A stretch of 26,525 nucleotides of DNA, taken from Octopus vulgaris (Eukaryota). Positions 17,404-26,525 of this stretch are shown piece by piece. Position 1 is the stretch's first letter. Every line of letters starts with the position of its first letter. A program made the position numbers and the translations under genes. The notes beneath the pieces are model-generated. The model had not been told where the DNA came from and made no database searches. It saw only the letters and a program-made list of their open reading frames with translations. The DNA is taken from NCBI GenBank assembly GCA_951406725.2, contig CATOCA020000039.1, positions 1 through 26,525 on the forward strand. Direction: 5' to 3'.

Positions 17404-17715
17404 AACCAGCTGAAAGAAAACAAGCTAAGAGATTTTACAGAGTTTGTACATATATATATAATATATACACACATATACAATACATATACACACACATATA
17501 TATCTAAGCAGAGGAAAAAGAGAAAAGGGAATATATACATTTGTCCGCCGCAACAGACAAATTCTTCTATAACAGAACTAATTGCGACTATACTTCTAAT
17601 AATAATAATAATAAAACAGCTGAAAGAAAACACGCCAGGAGGTTTACAGTTTAAGCAAAGAAAAAAAAAAAGAAATGGCAATATATATTTATTTCGCTAC
17701 AGACAATGTCTCTTA
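17200..17715. repeat. Degenerate ~170-230-bp tandem repeat, 3 copies
   Basis: (AAT)n-AAAACAGCTGAAAGAAAAC...TTTACAG at ~17200-17260, ~17370-17445 and ~17598-17652. Confidence 0.75.
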
Positions 17716-18170
17716 AGATAAACTACAATACGATTCTACTACTAACACACACACACATGCATGGATATATAGATATATACGCACATGTACGCATATACAT
17801 ATATAAACAGAGTAACAGGTAATTTATAGATAATAGATATAACGAAATTAACAGTAACAAGAATTTGTGATACGTTTTTGCGAGGATATAAACAGGAATT
17901 TGGGTACTTATCGACTGGAAATAAATTTAGAAGATTCCACGTGCGTTTCGGCAGAAAGAGATCTTTGTGTCAAAACTTGACTTGTGGCAGAAATATATTG
18001 CGATTTTTTAAGTAAATATCCAGGTACGCGTCTATAAAGTAACAATTTCTACGTTTTGTGAGTGATTTGCCAAGTTATTTCGTCGATTTTATGCAGCCCT
18101 TCTTGTTTTTTTATCGCAGAGCGAGACAACACGTGTTTACTCTACGAAAGCGGAAGTATATATATATATA

Positions 18171-18201
<31 letters not shown>

Positions 18202-18526
18202 TTATTATGTGAAATAGAAAGATGAATAATCTTGTAGTAGATTAATCAAAAGTTTAACCGATACCTTAGTAGCAAAAATCACAGCAGTAAAACAGCACGG
18301 TTGGAGGTACAACCATATGGTGTTGCAACCGTGCGTTGGTGCGGATAATTGAAATTAGAACATTATTGGTGAATTGAAGAAATGGAGCTGAACGCAGATT
18401 GAACAGAAATCGTTTTATTTCATTCTACACGTGTTTCGAAAGGCACAAATTACCAAAATCCGATGGAATAATGGGACCATATTGTGTCTTTCTCTTCAGG
18501 AAGAAAATAGGAAATCCGTTGGAAAA

Positions 18527-18739
18527 ACACACACATAGGAGCACAAACACACACACATATATATATACATATATACGACGGTCCTCTTTCAGTTTCCGTC
18601 TACCAAATCCACTCACAAGGCTTTGGTCGGCCTGAGGCTATAGTAGATGGCATTTGCCCAAGATGCCACGCAGTGGGACTGAACCCAGGACCATCTGGTT
18701 GGTAAGTAAGCTACTTACCACACAGCCACTCCTACGCCT
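18527..18739 (-). mobile_element. tRNA-derived SINE, probably 3'-truncated, resembling octopus SINEs
   Basis: Minus strand begins GGCGTAGGAG, A box TGGCTGTGTGG (18718-18728), B box GGTTCAGTCCC (18675-18685), body ...GGATTTGGTAGACGGAAACTGAAAGA, then TA/TG repeat; family assignment is from memory. Confidence 0.85.
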
Positions 18740-18796
18740 ATACATATACATATATAATACACACACACATACATACACACACATACACACACACAC

Positions 18797-18865
<69 letters not shown>
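18740..18865. repeat. (CA)n/(TA)n microsatellite
   Basis: Direct reading. Confidence 0.97.
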
Positions 18866-18869
<4 letters not shown>

Positions 18870-19187
18870 AATGAGATAGGGGTTGAAAATTCAACCCACC
18901 ATGGGATAATATATATCCAATATACTACAAAATTAGAGAATGGAGACAACATACTTAATACATAGATGTTAGAAATTGTCAAGCTATCCGATGATACTCA
19001 ATCCATACTATTAAATGGGTACAGGGTATTACATATGACCGTAAAGGCAATACTATAAAATTAGAGAATGGAGATATACAGTAATAGTAAATCAGTAAAA
19101 AGATCAACTATCCGATGATACTCAAGTAAAAAATTTCATACACCATACATATGATACTGCTAGATAGGTACCCAACAAGACTAATAC

Positions 19188-21906
19188 ACGGCCTCTTCAG
19201 AGAATTAAATTAAATTTGTTATAATAGTGAAAAATATTATATAATCATATACATATAAATATAAAAATATAAAAAAGTAAAATATAAAAACTTATACATC
19301 ATAATGCTACACTTGTATAATATAATACATATTTGTACAAAAAGGAAGGTAACCAGAACAAAATAAAACAAAATATATAACAGTGTATATATAATATTAA
19401 TAAGTACCGATATCATACATATTTAGCTAATAGTTTTTTTTATAAAAAAAGGGGGCTAACACATATGGAGATGAAAAATAATAATAATTAAATCCGTGGT
19501 ACAGTTCATAAAATTCTAAAGCTATAAAAGTTAATAAAAATTACTATTAATAATAATAATAATAATAAAAATAATAATAGTAATAATAATAAAAAATAAT
19601 AAAAATAGATACAGTTAAGTTATCACCAAGTCCATCCTTCCAAGATCGAAATAACTATGAGTTAAGAAATGCTGACCACTAGGTAAAGAAAATTTAGATT
19701 AATTCGATTGGCTATTGGTTTGAAATTTAAATCACAAAAGAAAATTATACGGTTGGTTAGTCAGGGAACGCCAATATTCACACACGCATCTACAGATCAA
19801 TCGCACATACACACATAGTTATATGTATATACATACACTTGTACATATACATAATCATAAGCAACAACTAACACTTAGATAAACAAATAGGGAAGCAACC
19901 ATGCTAACACTAAGTCCTTCAAAATTATAACTGAGCCTCAATAACAAAAAAAGAACCATCCATGCATTCTATAAAATATTTAATTAAGATATAAATGTAT
20001 TTTTAAATATCAGTATGTTACTAATTCAGATAATTATTTCATGGGTAACTTAAAATTTGTAACACCGGTTTGTTGCAGAGTAAACATACGGTTGTTAGGT
20101 TTATCGTAAGTTTGTTATGATTTAAAGTACGCTAAATTATAAAATATAAAATATAAAATATATTAATTTAGATATTATAAATAAGTCACTTATTAACTTA
20201 ATAAATATAGTGCCAAAATATACCAGTTTAGGCAATAAAAAATAGAGGGGAAGTATTAATGTAAACGCTTATGAGAACATCACAGAAATTTTAAATAAAT
20301 TTTATATTATAAAGACTTAATATGAAAAGAGATAAAATAAATAAAAAGGAATAAATACGAAGGAATAAATACGGTTATACACATAATTATAAGTACAAAC
20401 TAGTATATATGTATTCCTATATTATTAAAATAAATAAAAATAAATGATAGATATGTATGTATAAAACTACACCAGTATAAGTAAATAAGTAAAGAATAAA
20501 TAGGTAACAAATTAAATGACTTGATATGTATGTAAACATCCACACTTAAATAGGCAAATAAATATTAAGTGTGGATGTTTATACATATCAAGTCATTTAA
20601 TTTGTTACCTATTTATTCTTTACTTATTTACTTATACTGGTGTAGTTTTATACATACATATCTATCATTTATTTTTATTTATTTTAATAATATAGGAATA
20701 CATATATACTAGTTTGTATATAATTATGTGTATAACCGTATTTATTCCTTCGTATTTATTCCTTTTTATTTATTTTATCTCTTTTCATATTAAGTCTTTA
20801 TAATATAAAATTTATTTAAAATTTCTGTGATGTTCTCATAAGCGTTTACATTAATACTTCCCCTCTATTTTTATTGCCTAAACTGGTATATTTTGGCACT
20901 ATATTTATTAAGTTAATAAGTGACTTATTTATAATATCTAAATTAATATATTTTATATTTTATATTTTATAATTTAGCGTACTTTAAATCATAACAAACT
21001 TACGATAAACCTAACAACCGTATGTTTACTCTGCAACAAACATTGTTACAAATTTTAAGTTACCCATGAAATAATTATCTGAATTAGTAACATACTGATA
21101 TTTAAAAATACATTTATATCTTAATTAAATATTTTATAGAATGCATGGATGGTTCTTTTTTTGTTATTGAGGCTCAGTTATAATTTTGAAGGACTTAGTG
21201 TTAGCATGGTTGCTTCCCTATTTGTTTATCTAAGTGTTAGTTGTTGCTATGATATATGTATATGTACAAGTGTATGTATATACATATAACTATGTGTGTA
21301 TGTGCGATTGATCTGTAGATAATGTGTAATATTGGCGTTCCCTATAATAACCGTATAATTTTCTTTTGTGATTTAAATTTCAAACCAATATGCCAATCGA
21401 ATAATCTAAATTTTCTTTACCTAGTGGTCAGCATTTCTTAACTCATAGTTATTTCGATCTTGGATGACTTGGTGATAATAATGTATCTATTTTTATTATT
21501 TTTTTATTATTATTACTATTATTATTTTTATTATTATTATTATTATTAATAGTAATTTTTATTAACTTTTATAACTTTTAAATTTTATGAACTGTACCAC
21601 GGATTTAATTATTATTATTTTTCATCTCCATATGTGTTAGCCCCCTTTTTTTATAAAAAAAACTATTAGCTAAATATGTATGATATCGGTACTATTAATA
21701 TTATATATACACTGTTATATATTTTGTTTTATTTTGTTCTGGTTACCTTCCTTTTGTACAAATATGTATTATATTATACAAGTGTAACATTATGATGTAT
21801 AAGTTTTTATATTTTACTTTTTTATATTTTTATATTTATATGTATATGATTATATAATATTTTTCACTATTATAACAAATTTAATTTAATTCTCTGAAGA
21901 GGCCGT
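19188..21906. repeat. 2.7-kb palindrome: arms 19188-20549 and 20565-21906, 15-nt spacer
   Basis: ACGGCCTCTTCAGAGAATT...AAACATCCACACTTAA / ATAGGCAAATAAATA / TTAAGTGTGGATGTTT...AATTCTCTGAAGAGGCCGT. Confidence 0.97.
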
Positions 21907-21995
21907 ACATCTGTTAATGCCTCATTTATACCTGCCTTTATGGCTTATAAATTAAATGAGTATGACTGTCCTCACTGCGAAACAGCTGTCAATTT
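21888..21995 (+). ncRNA. Degenerate type I hammerhead ribozyme-like motif
   Basis: CTGAAGA-G at 21894-21901, structured insert (CTCATTTA/TAAATGAG), C-GAAACAGCTGTC at 21978-21990 with palindromic stem III and GUC triplet; stems I and II imperfect. Confidence 0.4.
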
Positions 21996-22200
21996 TGATT
22001 TATTTGCATATTGTATTTATAATTTTTACTTATATCTCTTTATCTTTACTTTTACTTTACTTTTACTATTACTGTATATCTCATTTCATTTTATATATTG
22101 CCTTTACTCCTATGTAATGGTGTATTAAAGTATGGATTAATCATCGGATAGTTGATGTTTTATTGATTTAAGTATGTTTCTCCATTCTCTAATTTTGTAG

Positions 22201-22867
<667 letters not shown>

Positions 22868-25098
22868 ACTCTTTTACTTGTTTCAGCCATCCGGCTGAGG
22901 CCATGCTGGGGCACCGCCCTTGTTGCTACCCTCTCTAAGTCCAGTTTGCCGTAGCTGGCCACTGATCTAAGAGAGAGTTTGTAGTTGCTGCCCTTAGGTT
23001 ACCTTCGTACCTTGCAGTGGGTTCATCTGGGATCCCGGAAAGCAGCTTGTCTAGATGTTTTTTGAAAATGTCCACATCCGCATCATGTAGATCTCTTAGT
23101 TTTCTTGGCAGTTTGTTGAAAAGCTGAGGGCCCCTGAACCCCAGGCTATTACAGTATCTGCTCCTTACCCTGGATGTGGAAGACGGGACCTTTGGCACCA
23201 CACAGTGACGTCCTGTACGGGGATTGGAACAGCTCTCAATTCCAAAATTTGGTGCTAGTCCCTCCAGGATTGATTTCGATACTGGGATTTCGATCCCTCC
23301 TGGACCAGTATAGTTGTGTGTGTATATGTGTTTACAGCTTGATATTGTAAGGCTGAAATTTACCAGCATTACAAATTGCTGTTGTTGTCTTCAGCCCATT
23401 TGTATATGGCATCCAGATCTTGTTGTAAAGGTCAGCATCAGCTGGGTTTTTGATTGCCTGTGCTACCTTTGTGTCATCAGCATGGCTAGTGAGGGATGTT
23501 GTTTGTGCTACCAAGGGCATGTCAGAAGGCACAAAAACAGCAAGGGTCCCAAGACTGTGCCCTGTGGCCTTCAGCACTATTGGTGTCTTTCCCGAGAGGG
23601 CTCCATTGGCTGCAACCATCTGGCTTCTGTCCTTCAGGAAGTCATGTATCCACTCACTAGCTTTTCCCATATTGCCTTCCCAGTCTGAGTAATTTGTGAC
23701 ATATCATCCTTGGTCGACTTTGTCAAGGCCTTCTTAAAGTCGAGATATACCACATCCACCTGTGAGCAGTCAAGTGATTGTTTCAGTACCCAGTCGTAGT
23801 GTTGTAACAGCTGCGTAAGGCAGTAACTTCCTGGGCAGAAAGCCATCACTGTGTGTCAGTGAGACGGTTAGTTTCTTCGAGGAAGACGTGATCAGTTTTT
23901 CTGATGATTCGTTCCATGACCTTACTTATGTGTGACGTCAGGGAGACTGGCCTGTAGTTTTTGGCCTCTGCTCTACTCCCTCCTTTGTGGATGGGGCATA
24001 TGGTGCCTTCATGACGCCCTGGGCAGTTTACCGTTGGCAAGGAACACTTTGAAGAGCTTCTAACAGTGGTCCCGCTGAGCATGCCTGCATGTTTTGGAGA
24101 ACTGCTGGAGTCCCATCTGGTCCAGCAGCTGAGTTTTATTCTCATTTCTTCTATGGCAGATATTACATCCCTCTCTGTTATGTCTATGTAATTCAGTGGT
24201 TGTTTGTTTGGTTTGTGGTGTTTGGCATCCAAAGAAAACTTCTGGGTTTTGTGGTTTGCATGGCACTTTGGGGGATGTGAATAAAGCTTTTATACTGTTC
24301 CTTTAGTATTTCACTTATCCCTTGGGGGTCCCTCCAGTTAGAGAGCCCTTTTTATCCAAAGAGTGGGCCAATCTTGCAGTGTACCGAGGTGGTTTCTTTC
24401 TACAAATTTAAAGAAGGCTTTGGGGTTTGTTTTAATATTCTCTATGGCCCTGGCTTCTCTCTCTGCCCTCTACTTCTCATAGGAAAGGTTTGAGTGCAGT
24501 TTCCGTTTTCAAAAAGTTTCAGGTGGAGTCCTCATTGTTTCTCTTGCATTGATTGCTTCAGAGAGCTTCATCTTCACTGTAAGTATTTTCCTGTCTCTGG
24601 GAACATTTGTTCCTTGCCCATGTTTCTCTGAGATTGAGCTGCTGGCATATGTTCTGTATTGTTGTCATGAAATGTTGGAAATGTGTGTTGGTGTCTTGAC
24701 CTTCAGTGATGAGTCTCCAGTCATGTTTTCGGATCTCTTCGTTGATCTTCTTCCAGTTTGCCTTATGGAAGTTTAGACTGGATAGGCCTGTGGTATTTTC
24801 TAATGGCTGCGTCTCAACTAACTCTCTCATACTATATCATTACCTCCCCTAACAGTTGTGAGTCAGAGAGAATTGTTGGTGTTACCATTATGTTGTGGAT
24901 GAGCATCAGGTTGCTTGTGAAACAGAAGACCAAGACATTCTCACCTCTTGTTGTAAAAGCACTGCTTGCTCCATCAGAAAAACTTGCGTGTGAGAGCCAA
25001 CAAGGGCTCTGTCTGTCTCTGTTCAAGTGATGTCATTCCAGGGAGAATGTATCTAATGCATTTGACTTTTCGGAAGGTTAGTCTCCCAGCAGCAGTAG
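22868..25098 (-). mobile_element. 5'-truncated, internally deleted, indel-rich LINE with a family B 3' end
   Basis: 22868-23270 is the reverse complement of ~62-464 with ~3 substitutions; RT remnants (NYRPVSLTSH, VYLDFKKA, HADDT) and APE C-terminal remnants (LLLGD, ILSDS); (TA)n on both sides. Confidence 0.92.
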
Positions 25099-25262
<164 letters not shown>

Positions 25263-25413
25263 ATTCTGAATTCTTTATTTTGGTTTACTCAACACACTGA
25301 CTATTGGTTTGCCTTATGGGCTCTTTGTTTATAGTTAAGTTGTTTTGCTCACTTCTCTGTTCTGTTTTTTGTTTTTCAACAGGATTTCTATTTTCTTCCT
25401 GAAAGAGAAGAAC

Positions 25414-26505
<1,092 letters not shown>

Positions 26506-26525
26506 TTGTAGTTTCTTATATCTGT

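Noticed and set aside
18295-18334. Inverted repeat GCACGGTTG...CAACCGTGC
   Set aside because: Single 9-bp stem with no supporting context; not enough to call a terminator, Helitron end or RNA gene
18660-18739. tRNA gene
   Set aside because: Has A and B boxes but no complete cloverleaf and continues into a SINE body

Overview
Eukaryotic, AT-rich, repeat-only window with no supportable host gene. The SINE and repeat style suggest an octopus or other cephalopod genome (inference). Six (TA)n-type microsatellite tracts, about 7 kb in total, explain all the giant Ile/Tyr 'ORFs'. Five copies of CR1/L2-group non-LTR retrotransposons (APE endonuclease + RT) from three families are interleaved with them: B at 1-480 (+) and 22868-25098 (-), C at 4131-6265 (+), and two near full-length A copies tail-to-tail at 7258-12162 (+) and 12509-~17004 (-). 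Eight of nine visible LINE ends abut (TA)n. The most interesting system is family A. Its ORF1 has an N-terminal Myb/SANT-like (trihelix-type) domain and a CCCH zinc finger. ORF2 overlaps ORF1 in the -1 frame, opens just before a conserved T_TTT_TTG slippery heptamer and has no conserved ATG. This suggests a TA-microsatellite-targeted LINE that may make a frameshifted Myb-CCCH-APE-RT fusion. All three families share an invariant 17-nt 3'UTR motif and a covarying hairpin but have different tandem-repeat tails. Also present are a tRNA-headed SINE and a 2.7-kb near-perfect palindrome inside a TA-flanked fold-back element that carries a hammerhead-like motif. Domain calls are by eye, and some indels may be long-read errors.
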